NCBI RefSeq assembly: GCF_963506605.1
Contig: NC_083291.1
Span: 36,084,001 to 36,148,000 of the forward strand
DNA length: 64,000 nucleotides
Direction of reading: 5' to 3'
Source: Zootoca vivipara
Lineage: Eukaryota
The position numbers and the translations under genes were made by a program. A model generated the notes under the pieces. It saw nothing but the letters and a program-made list of their open reading frames with translations, was not told the DNA's origin and did no database searches. Within the stretch, counting starts at the first letter, position 1, and each line of letters starts with the position of its first letter. Shown here piece by piece: positions 24,075 to 35,838 of this stretch.

Positions 24075-25822
24075 GTCCAATGTCCAAAATGTCTGGATTT
24101 GGCTTCCATGTTTCTTATACTTTCAGTCCTCCTCACTCAATTCCAGCTCCCATCAGCCCCAGCCACCAAGACGGAGAGAATTGAAGGTCAACATCTGGGC
24201 CATCAATTCTCCATTCCTGACTTATGGGAGCAGGAGATGGTGATGCACACTGGTTATATGGCTCTTCAATAAAGTGACTGGGACTCACCTGATAAGGAGG
24301 TGCTAGTTGCACAAAGTTGGTGCACCCTCCTGCTGACAAAACAGGAATCTGTGTGTGGTAGGAAATGGTATATCCATTCGGGGGGAAAAGCATCATAGCC
24401 AGCTTGGAAACTGGCTCAGAGAAATTCTTTTTTTCCTTCCTGCAGGCTCCATAAGATCTCTTTTATTTGGATGATAGATAAAAACATTACAAAGTGTAAG
24501 GGGGCAGTTGTTTAAAATGAACAGGACGCCTTCTCCATCTTGGATGTACACGTTCCACTGCACCTTGTAATCCTGAATGGAGCATATATTTCATTTCATG
24601 GAAGTTGTGCAATCTCCAAGGAGGAAAGAGGCCTCTTGACAGTTGAAATTTCGCTGGGCGGCAGCAATGAACAACACCTTGACCATTAGGATCTGTGAGA
24701 AATTACAACTGGGAGAAATGTGTGATATGAATAAAATAGATACATGAATAGACTGTTTCATTCGGCTGAGAAACAGTCCCCAGTGGATTGATAACAGTGG
24801 AGAACTGTGCCAGAGAGAGCTTGTTAATTGGCACAGTTCTCCACTGTTCCATCCATATCAACACGTAAAGCCCAGACTTTCTGTCCCTTAGGTAGCAAAG
24901 TTCTGGAATCATAGAGTTGTAAAATAAAGTGACTTCCCCCAAAGAGGCCTGAGAACTACAAAGGGTGCTGGGAATTGTAGTTCTGTGAAAGGTAAAATAC
25001 AATTCCCAGGATTCTTCAAGGGCAGTCATGATTTACATGTATGGCATGAATGTAGCCTACATCTCCTTAAGTACCATAATGGAAGAAAATAAACAGGGGC
25101 ATATAAACAAGGGCATAGCGCCATCTGCCAGAGCCTGGAGCGGGTGCACCAGTGCCAGGGGGCGCTCACCCAGCCCTTGCTGCCGATGCCACTGGGAAGG
25201 CACAGGGCACAGAGGGGGCTGTTCACCCTCTGTGCCCCCCAGCGCTCACTGCTGCCAGGCAGGCATTTGTATGCTGAGCAGGGGCAGGGCACAGAGGGTG
25301 AAGAGTATCTTCTGTGTTCCCCAGCGCCTGCCGCTGACGGGCGGGTGCTCAGGTGTCGGGGTGTGTGTGTGCCTAGTTCATGCTCCCCCAATGTGCGCTC
25401 GGGTCAATGGCCTTCCTGGGGCACACCCCCATACACACCATTGGACATAAATGTGTTGCGTATTTAGCAGATTAATTGCGCTGCAGAAAGCATGCTGGGA
25501 GACCACACATTCAGGAAACAATGAAGAAACACAAAAAATCTATTTTGCTTGGCTTTAATTAGAAAAACAAAAACCCCTCTTACATTAAATCTATAAGTAT
25601 GACCCATCCACCAAAGTATTGAGAGAGGTACACGCTGCTCTTTATATACTATACCCAATTGCTGACAATGAACTCAATAAATGCAAGACCAACTCAGGAA
25701 AGTGGCTCACACATGTTGCTGCACAGATATGTGAAGTAGGTTGTAGTCTTGATGTTTGTGTGTGTGTCTTTTGTGAGCTCAGCTGCCACATTCTCCAAAG
25801 GGAAATCTGTGACCTGCTGCAG

Positions 25823-25931
25823 GTAAGCAAGACCCAACCGAACCCTTCTCGTTGTGTGGATAAGTTGCAAAAGTTGCACAGCAGCAGTTAAACGATATCC
25901 TTCTATCTTGGTCTCTCATTCCCTTTTACAG
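25823..25931 (+). other. Short 5' UTR intron of OR twin A2 (mirrored in A1)
   Basis: CAG|GTAAGC donor; ctctcattcccttttacAG acceptor 7 nt before the ATG. Confidence 0.7.
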
Positions 25932-25938
25932 ATGTAAA

Positions 25939-26919
25939 ATGGCCAGAATGAACCAAACAAGCATCTCTGAAATGGTCCTTTTGGGTATCTCTGCCCTAGC
26001 AGAACATCACAGTCTCCTCTACTTTCTTTTTCTCTTCATCTACCTGTTAACACTACTAGGGAACCTTTTGATAATCCTGCTGATCCGCTTTGACGACCAC
26101 CTCTGTCGCACCCCAATGTACTTCTTCCTCAGCTACCTCTCGCTGGCAGATGCCATGTTTGCTTCCACCACTGTTCCCAAGATATTGATGAGTTTGATGT
26201 CCGAAACCAAGACCATCTCCTTCAATGGCTGCTTGATCCAGGTGTATTTTTTCTTGACATTCGGCAACACGGATAATTTCCTCTTGGCCTGCATGGCTTA
26301 TGACCGCTATGTGGCCATCTGCCGCCCTTTACATTACACCACCGTGATGAGCCACAGGTGTTGCATCGTTTTGGCATCTGGGTCCTGGATCGTTTCTGCT
26401 CTCCACTCTTTGCTCTACACGCTTCTGGTATCCCGCCTGTCTTTCTGTGGCTCTAGGGAGATCCCCTACCTCTTCTGCGATGTCTACCCTCTTTTGGAAC
26501 TCTCCTGCTCCGACACAGGGCTCATAAAAATCCTGGTGCAGACAGAGGGTGTTGTGGATATCCTAGGGCCTTTTGTTCTCATCTTCATCTCCTACATCCA
26601 CATATTCTGTGCTATCATGAGAGTCCCACCTACCGCTAGGAAGCGTAAAGCCTTCTCCACCTGTGGCTCCCACTTGGCTGCAGTGGTCTTGTTCTATGGC
26701 ACCATCAGCTCCCTCTATTTCCAGCCTCCCTCTGCTTACGCAGCCCAGAAAGGCACCGTCATCTCTCTCTTGTATGCAGTGGTCACACCCATGCTGAACC
26801 CCTTCATCTACAGCCTGAGGAACCAGGACATAAAGGCAGCTGCACGGAGGCTTCTCAGCAGGATCAGAGATTTTCTGAGGAAGCAAGCGCCTGGGAAAGG
26901 CACAGAGTCTTTTTCATGA
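25939..26919 (+). CDS. Olfactory receptor, class II (family 1-like), 326 aa, intact; twin A2
   Basis: Same OR motifs; 5 residues differ from 19298-20278. Confidence 0.97.
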   Translation: MARMNQTSISEMVLLGISALAEHHSLLYFLFLFIYLLTLLGNLLIILLIRFDDHLCRTPMYFFLSYLSLADAMFASTTVPKILMSLMSETKTISFNGCLIQVYFFLTFGNTDNFLLACMAYDRYVAICRPLHYTTVMSHRCCIVLASGSWIVSALHSLLYTLLVSRLSFCGSREIPYLFCDVYPLLELSCSDTGLIKILVQTEGVVDILGPFVLIFISYIHIFCAIMRVPPTARKRKAFSTCGSHLAAVVLFYGTISSLYFQPPSAYAAQKGTVISLLYAVVTPMLNPFIYSLRNQDIKAAARRLLSRIRDFLRKQAPGKGTESFS

Positions 26920-27487
26920 ATGCATTGAATGTGTTGTTGATGTTGATATATAGTTTATAAAGATAAAAACAGATACATTTCACCCATTGGAATTGGTTGA
27001 CGTGTTGCCTCCTTCTTCTTTTTTGTATTTTGGTGTTTTGACTCAGGTCTGCAACACAGGGGTTGTTTCATTAGCATTTAGGAAGGAGGTGCCAGGGAAA
27101 CATTTAGGGAACTAGCCTAGTCCCCCTATTCCAATGACTGCACACCACGGGGTAAGATGGAGGGTGATATATCTACCAGTCTTTTCTGCTCATTTTCTCA
27201 CTCCCCCTTCCTTTATGCAAGTCATGGCAGAGATCTCCATTGTATCCCTCAAAGCTCAATGTGCAGAAACTGAACCCCTGCTGACAATTTCTGCAGCTGC
27301 TTCAAACACAATTCTAGGATCCCAGCTGCTTCCTCTCTGGTACATGGAGAATCTCCTTTCTGGGGCCCAGTCCATCCCATCCCATCTCCTGTTCCAAATC
27401 AAAATCTTGCCAATGTAAAATGTTTAAAAAGAAGGCAGCCCTTAGACCATTGTGCTGTCATGCTCCTTTGGGTATCAATCTGTAGAT

Positions 27488-27623
27488 CAGGCACCCCCAA
27501 ACTTTGGCCCTCCAGATGTTTTGGACTACAATTCCCATCATCCCTGACCACTGGTCCTGTTAGCTAGAGATCATGGGAGTTGTAGGCCAAAACATCTGGA
27601 GGGCCGAAGTTTGGGGATGCCTG
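27488..27623. mobile_element. Palindromic hAT MITE
   Basis: CAGGCA...TGCCTG fold-back; perfect 8-bp TSD CTGTAGAT; mirrored at 51390-51525. Confidence 0.85.
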
Positions 27624-28834
27624 CTGTAGATTATCCCTCACATCTTTTCTGATCTGTGCATAGACCGCCCCCAGCCCCCAGAGATTATGCTTCTCCCCAG
27701 TTGTGGAGCAAACCAGAATCCTCTTGACATCCATACTCAAAGGAAAAAAAACTTTTCTAAGACTTATTAATGAGGACAAGCTAATTTGTTAAGCTGAATG
27801 ATGGGTTGGGTCTCTGAATGATGATTCTCCAGAGTTTATGCTATTGCATTATATTATTTCTGGAGGGGGAACCTGTTTGAGACGTCCTTGGACCCTGGAG
27901 AGCACCACCCTTAAGCAGAGATGAACACTGCTTCCCTTGCATCAGAAAACACAGAGCTAATCTCCTCAGCAGATGAAGGAGGCCAGTTTCCTCCTATGCA
28001 GAACAAGTCCACTTCCTTTGTTCTTCACATTGACAGGAGCAAGTGAGCAAACAGGAAGTGCCTTTACTTAAGTAAGTGTGAATATAGTTATGTTTTTGGG
28101 GTGGGAGCAAGACTCCCCTAAAATATCTGGATTCAGTGAAGGGTTAGAATTTAAGGAAACCCCTAAATTACTGGGCCTAATGGGCCTTGAGTTTAAAGTG
28201 GGTTTTCCATGTCCAGGAAACCACTTGGCGGAAGAACCATCAAAAGGTAATCACTGGAATGGCCGAGACAAACCCATTAAGAAGGTCAGTTTCTGTCTGG
28301 GCTGGACAGAAAATGGGGAAAGCCCTCTCTGAGGTAAGAGATAATTAGCAGAGACAAAAGGACAGAGTTTCAGGAGGGTGGAGAACTGCAGTGGGCAATG
28401 AGGTAAGCAAACAGGAAAGAATTGTCATTTTTGAAGCTGGAGAGTGGGGGGGGGGCAAAGCATGAAGCTGCAGAAGAGGTGAGACATGATATTTGGAGTC
28501 TCTTGGAATCTGAGGCTGCAGCAATGGAAGAAACAGGACCCTCTTGGGATGTGAATGCTCTGATCTCTCTCAATCTAGACACAGATTGCATGCATATGTA
28601 AATAAACCATGTATCATAAAGAGATCACGGACTCCACTTGGCCTCATTGTTCCAAAAGTAAACACAGACCCTGGTAAGCATGCATGGCACCTCTAGAATC
28701 TCTCACTGCTCATAGATTGGTGAAACAATGTGTCACCCACTTAAAAGCTTCTAACATCCAAGAAACCTATTGAGGATTATTTAATGGTTACTAATCAGTA
28801 TCTGCTGAATTCACCCAGTACAATTAAAGCCCAT

Positions 28835-29410
28835 GACCCCTCAATTTCTACATTCCAGTCATGAGTCTTATCCCACCAGGTTTCAATAATTTCTATTAGG
28901 TCATATCTGCCACCCTGCATTAAGAGTTCAAATTCGTCTTCATTGTTTCCTATACTCTGTGCATTTGTATAGAGACAACTGAAACCACAAGACGTTCCCT
29001 CCAGCTGCTTCCTTCTTGTAGTTTCCTGCCCTTTAGCAGGTTTCTGTAGCACCACCTCAGTTTCCTGTGCATCAACGTGTTTTCCTTTCATCTGTAATAT
29101 TGTCTCCCTCCTCCTCAGGATTTAGTTTAAAGCTCTCCTGATGGGGTTCATGAGACCCTTAGCAAACACATTCTTGCCAACCACTGTGAGGTATAACCAA
29201 TCTCTTGCCAGAAGTCCATCCTCAAGGAAGCAGGAACCATGGTCCAAGAAGCCAAACCATTCCTGACAACACCTGAGCAGCCACTGGTTTACCTCCAGTA
29301 TCTTCCCCTCTCTTCCTGGGCCACAACCTTCAACAACAAGCAGTGATGAAAAAACCCACCTGTACCCTAAGGCTCTTCAGCTTCTAATCCAGAGTCTTAA
29401 AGTCCCTTGC
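28835..29410 (-). mobile_element. CR1 LINE ORF1 end / ORF2 endonuclease start (in OR 5' intron)
   Basis: CLYTNAQSIGN...ETWWD..HDWNV (AP endonuclease start) preceded by ORF1 esterase-like VNQWL..FGFLDHG; mirrored at ~49600-50180. Confidence 0.8.
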
Positions 29411-29568
29411 TATGTCTGTGTCTGTCAGTATCTCAAAACCAGAATACAATATGAGGGGAGGAAAGAGGGATTTCTGCATAGCTCAGTTTGGGCAGCTAGC
29501 AAGCAGAGGGTGGGGAATTTACTAGCCTAAACATTTCTTCTTCTTGCCCCTACAGCAGCTTTCGCCTA

Positions 29569-30504
29569 ATGAGTCCTGGGAATGCAACAGACTTCTCTGA
29601 ATTATTCCTCCATGGCTTCCCAACCCAGCCAGAGTTTCAAGGGCTCCTCTTCCTGCTATTCCTCTCCATGTACCTGCTGGCCATTCTGGGGAACACAACA
29701 ATCATCTTCTTGATCCGTTCTGATTTACAGCTCCTCCACGCTCCTATGTATTTCTTCCTCAGCAACCTTGCCTTAGCTGACTTGGGCTTCATCTCCACCA
29801 CAGTCCCCAAAGTGCTAGAAAACTTGTTGTCTCAAAAAAAGACCATCTCCTATCGTGCCTGCCTGGTGCAGATGTACTTTTATATGTCTTTTGGCAACTC
29901 AGACAGCTTCCTGTTGGCTTCCATGGCCTACGACCGTTTCGTGGCCATCTGCTTCCCCTTGCATTATTCTGCCCTGATGAGCCGTCAGCGTTGCCTCCTC
30001 CTCGCATCAGTGTCCTGGGTTGTCCCTATTGTCCACTCTCTGCTTTATACCATTTTGATGTCCCACATTTCTTTCTGTGACTCTAGGGAGATCCCACATT
30101 TCTTCTGTGATCTTTACCCAGTGTTGGATATCTCTTGCTCAGACAGCAGTGTCATTGAAATGCTGCTTCTGACTGAAGGGGTGATGGAGATCCTAGGGCC
30201 ATTTGTGCTGATCATCATCTCCTATATGTGCATTTTCTACACCATCCTGAAGATTCCATCAAACTCTGGAAAGAAAAAGGCTTTCTCCACCTGCGGGTCC
30301 CACATTGCTGTGGTGGTCTTGTTCTATGGCACTGTGAGCTGGGTTTATTTCAAGCCACGTTCCAACAACTCGGATCGCAAGGACACTTTGGCTGCTGTCA
30401 TGTATACCATGGTGACCCCTATGCTGAATCCCTTCATTTACAGTCTCAGGAATAGTGAAATGAAAGCGGCCATGAAGAGGGTCATTAGGCACCATTTTCA
30501 TTAG
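29569..30504 (+). CDS. Olfactory receptor, class II (family 1-like), 311 aa, intact; twin B1
   Basis: LHAPMYFFLSNL, MAYDRFVAIC, KAFSTCGSH, PMLNPFIYSLRN; NAT sequon; acceptor just upstream. Confidence 0.97.
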   Translation: MSPGNATDFSELFLHGFPTQPEFQGLLFLLFLSMYLLAILGNTTIIFLIRSDLQLLHAPMYFFLSNLALADLGFISTTVPKVLENLLSQKKTISYRACLVQMYFYMSFGNSDSFLLASMAYDRFVAICFPLHYSALMSRQRCLLLASVSWVVPIVHSLLYTILMSHISFCDSREIPHFFCDLYPVLDISCSDSSVIEMLLLTEGVMEILGPFVLIIISYMCIFYTILKIPSNSGKKKAFSTCGSHIAVVVLFYGTVSWVYFKPRSNNSDRKDTLAAVMYTMVTPMLNPFIYSLRNSEMKAAMKRVIRHHFH

Positions 30505-30929
30505 TGTCTTTAGCTGTCACATCTTATAGTAGCAGGAGTGGGAGCCAACATCACTTGGGCAGCAGAGCACACAGATGGTGTGTCCGCTTTCGGGTCTGTT
30601 TTAAACTTTGGCCAAAATGTTGGGTATCTGTAATGGGGAAATGGACTGCAATCTGTCTTTCAGGTATTTGGGGCATGCATGTGCTAGGATTAGCTGAACT
30701 TTTGTTGTTGTTGTTGTTGTTTAGTCATTTAGTCGTGTCCGACTCTTCATGGACCAGAGCATAACTACCATAAGCAAATATCTTAACCCTAATACATGCA
30801 GTAAAGATCAGCATCATAATCATATATTTGCCTTATATTAACTATCACTCCCCTGTAAGTAATAACCAGACTTCAAATAGATAATTAAATTTTGCAAGAG
30901 TAGATTTATGATTTAGGAATAGTATATAC

Positions 30930-31228
30930 AAATCCATGCAACGGGGTGAGCTCACATTGCTAGGTCCCAGCTCCTGCCCACCTAGCAGTTCGAAAGCACA
31001 TCAAAGTGCATGTAGATAAATAGGGACCGCTGCGGCGGGAAGGTAAATGGTGTTTCCGTGTGCTGCTCTGGTTCGCCAGAAGCAGCTTTGTCATGCTGGC
31101 CACATGACCCGGAAGCTGTCTGCGGACAAACGCCAGCTCCCTCGGCCTATAGAGCGAGATGAGTGCCGCAACCCCAGAGTCGGATACGACTGGACCTGAT
31201 GTTTATCGGCCCCTTTACCTTTACCTTT
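30930..31228 (+). mobile_element. Sauria SINE, 5'-truncated, left arm only
   Basis: SINE body and ACCTTT tail; empty site at ~48095 in the right arm. Confidence 0.88.
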
Positions 31229-31449
31229 ATAGGCAACCAAATGGTCTTTGCATTATTCACTCACACAGGAAGCCTCCCCCCTCTCTATAGGGTATAGTTG
31301 GATTCAAACTAACCATCTCCCTTGTTCTCTCTCTTTTTTAGCATGTGTCTGTGGCATATTGTTACACCCACGCTTTAGGGTTTTTTTGGTTCACTGGGGA
31401 CTTATTTTACTCTTTAGATATAAGTTGTATACTGTATATGTGCTTAATG

Positions 31450-31587
31450 CAGTGTTTCTCAAACTTGGGTTTTTTTCAGCTATTGTTGAACTACAACTCC
31501 CATCATCCCTAGCTAGCAGGATCCCATCAGTGGTGATGGGAATTCTTGTTCAACAACAGCTGGAGACCCAAGTTTGAAAAACACTGA
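31450..31587. mobile_element. Palindromic hAT MITE
   Basis: CAGTGTTTCTCAAAC...GTTTGAAAAACACTG; TSD (g/a)CTTAATG; mirrored at ~47740-47875. Confidence 0.8.
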
Positions 31588-31944
31588 CTTAATGATTGCA
31601 TTGCTGCCCATATATGTGCAGGGCCATCTGAAGCATATCCAGAACCATGGTGCAAAGATCCCTCCGGCGCCCCCCCTCCCCGTTTGCCAGAGTGGTTGAC
31701 CTTTTCCCAAGTCTCTGCAGGGATAGCTCTCCTCCCGCAGAGGCTTGGGAGGCAAGCTGCATGCCAGCCAGCCATATGGTTGATGGAGCACAGCTGGTGG
31801 GCATGCAGGGAAAGGGGAGCCGAGCAGCTCCCCCACTCGCTGGGGTGCCCCTGAGAGGCCAGTGCCCTGGCACAATGCGCCAGTAAGCCCAATAGGAAAG
31901 ACAGCTTTGTATATGTGTAATCTTGCTGCCCAAGACAACACCCA

Positions 31945-33245
31945 TTTAGAATCATAGAATCATAAAATTCCTGAAATGTAGAGTTGGAAGGGACCCTAAG
32001 GGTCATCTAGTTCAACCCCTTGCAATGCAGGAATCTCAACTAAAGCATTCATGGCAGATGGCTATCTAACCTCTGCTTAAGAACCTCCAAAGAAGGAGAG
32101 GTCACCCAGGTTCGAGGAAGCTCGTTCCACTCTCTTCAGAAAGTTTTTCCATATGTTTAGCTGGAATCTCTTGTAACTTGAAGCCATTGGTTCAGATTGT
32201 ACCCTCTGGAGTACAATCTTCCTCCATCTTCCATGTGATAGCCCTTTAGGTATTTGAAGATGACTACTATCATATCTCCTCTCATGGAGGACTTTGTCAA
32301 AAAGCCTAACTGAAATCAAGTGTCAGCATAGTGTCAACAAGTGAACACGCACAGCTGACTGATTTGGACGGTGGCCCAGAATTGGGGAATGCAGAAGAGG
32401 AGCAGAGTGCCCAGTTCAGAGAGATAGCAGGAAACAGCTCTCCCAAAGCTGTTAATAATCCACCCGGTGTGAAGCAGAGGCGGAGGTGTGGGTTACAAGA
32501 GAGGGGGAGGCTGACGTCACTTAATAGACGAAAGAAGGCGTAGTTCCCACAGTGGGATAAAGGGAGGCGGAACAACGCCAAGCACTCAGATAAGTCATCA
32601 GACTAGTCATAAGTCAGTGAGAGCAGTGGGCTGGAGACCTGTGGCTTGGTTGTATTTTATTACTGTAAATAAACTTTCTCTTCAACGTTGAAATGTGTGG
32701 GCGTCTTGAGGTCGCGACTTAACATCAAGATTCTCCACAGCATTCCTCTGATCCACTTGCAACGCTATAAAAAATAATAATGAGATTTGTCTGGCATGAC
32801 TTGTTTTTGAGAAAGCCATGCTGGGTCTTAGTAATCACAGCATCCTTTTCTAAATGCTCACACCGATCAAGTAATTATTTGTTCTAGGACCTTTTCTGGT
32901 ATCAATGTCAAGCTGACTGGTCTTCCTCCCATCTCCCTTTGAAGATGGGGACAAAAATTGCTCGCCTCCACACCGCAGGGACCTCACTTGCTCTCCAAGA
33001 ATTCTCAAAGATTATAGAGAGAGGTTCTGAGATTACATCCTCGAGCTCCTTCTAGGACCCTTGGTGCAGCTCATCATTCCCTGGAGATTTGAATTCATTT
33101 AAAGTAACTAGATGTTCCCTTATCTTTTCCTATTTTGTTCTTCAGCTCCCTCCTTGCATTGCTGGGCACTGTTTTCATTTATGTGTAATAAACCAATCTT
33201 CCTCTATTTCCTCGTGTGCAGATTCTTTGTTGGGCAAAAGGGTAA
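31945..33245 (-). mobile_element. Degenerate CR1 fragments (interrupted by a solo LTR)
   Basis: CR1 3' end AGAATCATAGAATCAT and RT-region remnants; mirrored at 45715-47285. Confidence 0.75.
32321..32724 (+). mobile_element. Solo LTR, 404 bp, left arm only
   Basis: TG...CA termini, perfect 5-bp TSD TCAAG, AATAAA at ~32668; empty site at ~46240. Confidence 0.85.
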
Positions 33246-33802
33246 AGGTATACAACCATTTTAAATGGATGCATGCAGTGACTCCACAGAAAAGTTTCCA
33301 ATCCTCTCAGAGTTGCACAATTAAAATATTTGTAATGCGTGAGCCATGGCCAGTGCAAGACCTTTGGGCACGTGAAGTGAACCACAAAATGGTGTCCCCC
33401 TCCGGGGAAGAAGGAATGAGTGAAGATCTAGATCAGGAAGGAGCAGCAGTGGCCAGTTCATTCATTGGAGACCAGATCTGCTGCCCCATGGATCCTGCTG
33501 CCTGAGGCAATCACATCACCTTGCTTCATGGGTGGGCCAGCCCTAGTGTGAACGTCTTGCCACCTGGAGTGTGTGTAGCAAGTTTTGAATATCAGAACAT
33601 CACACATTAAACGCTTCCCGATACAAGGCTGCCTTCTGATGTCTATGGAAGGTTGTATAATTATTTATCTTTTTGACATCTGACAGGAGTTCCACACCGT
33701 GGGCGCCACTACCCAGAAGGCCCTCTGCCAGATTCCCTGTAACCTCACTTCTCACAAGTTCTACATGCCTGTCTTTCTTCCCTTACTTTTCACAGCTGAG
33801 CC

Positions 33803-33980
33803 ATGGGAGAAGAGAACCACACAGGCCCATTGCAGTTCATTCTCCTGGATGTCTCTGCCCAGCCAGAGCATCAGCATCTCTTTGCCTTGCTCTTCCTCAC
33901 CATGTACCTGTTGATCCTTCTGGGGAATCTGCTGATTGTCCTTCTGGTCTACTCTGATGCTCATTCACTTGAAACCTCCC
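33803..33980 (+). pseudogene. Truncated olfactory receptor (N-terminus and TM1 only)
   Basis: Acceptor cttttcacAG, then MGEENHT..FILLDVS..PEHQHLFALLFLTMYLLILLGNLLIVLLVYSDAH; homology stops before the PMY motif. Confidence 0.85.
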
Positions 33981-34071
33981 CAAGCTTCCATCCATAAGTT
34001 TGTCAAAATAAACTTTTGACATGAATTCTAGCAGGATCTCTATAACACAACAGTAGAAACTGTTATTTATT

Positions 34072-35178
34072 ATTTTTTTACAATCTTCTTATGATATAAA
34101 AACCTCTGGAATTTAATTATTACAAAAAATAATGCAAGTTAATTGGATTCTAAGGGAAAGGAAGATCCTGATCATTTCTATTCAGTATGTGTTATTTTAT
34201 TTCATACAATTTATTTCCCAGATTTACTAGCATTTCTACTGATGAGAAAAAATGTTTCTCATGATTTTAGATTCTGTGTTATTATATGTTTACATTTTGT
34301 ATGCCCTGCCTTTAGTTGCCTATATTAATGAATTGTTTAGTTTGTGATTTATCTTTCTGTATTCCTTGGGTATGATATGGCATTCTACCTGTTAGCTTCC
34401 AAATTAAGAGACAAGTATCTATGAAATCTCCAGAAATTCTCTGCTATTTATGGGGAGCGATCTCGTCTTGAATGCCTCCAGACTGTGGGTTTTATTGCTC
34501 GAGGCATTCAAACATATTCTGGAAAATGTAAGTTTGTGCAATTAAAGTGGATTGCTCTATCACCCTTGTGCAACAAATCCACTTTAGGGGGGGGGGACTA
34601 CTTATTGTGGTCATTAAAGTGATAGGAAAATGCATTGAAAAGTGTGGAATGAGGTAATTAAGAACCAGAGAGAAGATACATAAACACCAAGGAAGGAAAC
34701 CAGGTCTGCTCACTGTCCTATAACAGTGAGAAGACAAACCAAGTCCAACCCAAATTAAAATTTCTCAATAAAGACCAGATGTGGTCTAACCTGTGTGGAA
34801 GCCTTGTGCAAGTAAATCAGGATGAGGTCATTATATAATCATACATTTTCCAAACTTACTTTTATTAGTTTTCATATTGTTATGGAACCACAGAGACAAG
34901 TAAACAAAGACAAAAAATTCATTAATATAGCCAATTAAAGGCATGGCATACAAAATGTAAACATATAATAACACAGAATCTAAAATCATGAGAACCATTT
35001 TTCTCATCAGTAGAAATGCTAGTAAATCTGGGAAATAAATTGTATGAAATAAAATAACACATACTGAATAGAAATGATCAGGATCTTCCTTTCCCTTAGA
35101 ATCCAATTAACTTGCATTATTTTTTGCAATAATTAAATTCCAGAGGTTTTTATATCATAAGAATATTGTAAAAAAATT
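34072..35178. repeat. AT-rich inverted repeat, ~290-bp arms and ~520-bp spacer
   Basis: 34072-34365 is the reverse complement of ~34882-35178 (near-identical mirrored ORFs 34143+ and 35106-). Confidence 0.9.
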
Positions 35179-35474
35179 AAAAATTAAATATTTACATGTC
35201 TAATTTCTAAAAGATTTTCCACAAGGTGACTTGCAACAAATTTCAAAGGCACTCAGGTTTACATTCTAGGTTTACAGACCTCCAAGCTAAGGCGCCTCCC
35301 CTGAATATTTGTCAACAGGCAAGTCTCTCTTTGAAGAGAAGTGTGTGGCCACCACAGAAAAGGCTCATTTCATGTCTAACGTCTGAAAGTGAGGGCGCAG
35401 AAAATGACCTCCGTATTCAGGAAAGTTCCCATGGAGCAAGCAGCCTTTCTTTTAGACACCTCCATCTTAAGCCA

Positions 35475-35838
35475 CCCAGGTGGCTTAAGGGACCCAGGTG
35501 GTGCTGTGGTTAAACCACTGAGCCTAGGGCTTGCTGATGAGAAGGTCGGCGGTTCGAATCCCTGTGACGGGGTGAGCTCCCGTTGCTTGGTCCCAGCTCC
35601 TGCCAACCTAGCAGTTCGAAAGCACGTCAAAATGCAAGTAGATAAATAGGAACCGCTACAGCGGGAAGGTAAACGGCGTTTCCATGTGCTGCTCTGGTTT
35701 GCCAGAAGCGGCTTTGTCATGCTGGCCACATGACCTGGAAGCTATACGCCGGCTCCCTCGGCCAATAATGCGAGATGAGCGCGCAACCCCAGAGTCGGTC
35801 ACGACTGGACCTAATGGTCAGGGGTCCCTTTACCTTTT
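35475..35838 (+). mobile_element. Sauria SINE, full length
   Basis: Head, B box, tail; TSD ATCTTAAGCCA. Confidence 0.92.

Larger units (their letters stand above)
24918..26951 (+). repeat. Inverted duplication IR1, right arm
   Basis: Reverse complement of 19261-21212. Confidence 0.95.
27092..33757 (+). repeat. Inverted duplication IR2, left arm
   Basis: Colinear reverse complement of 44625-51896 apart from arm-specific insertions. Confidence 0.93.

Noticed and set aside
28078-28332. 84-aa ORF conserved in both IR2 arms
   Set aside because: GTG start just after a splice donor, no homology cues; conservation is explained by the duplication
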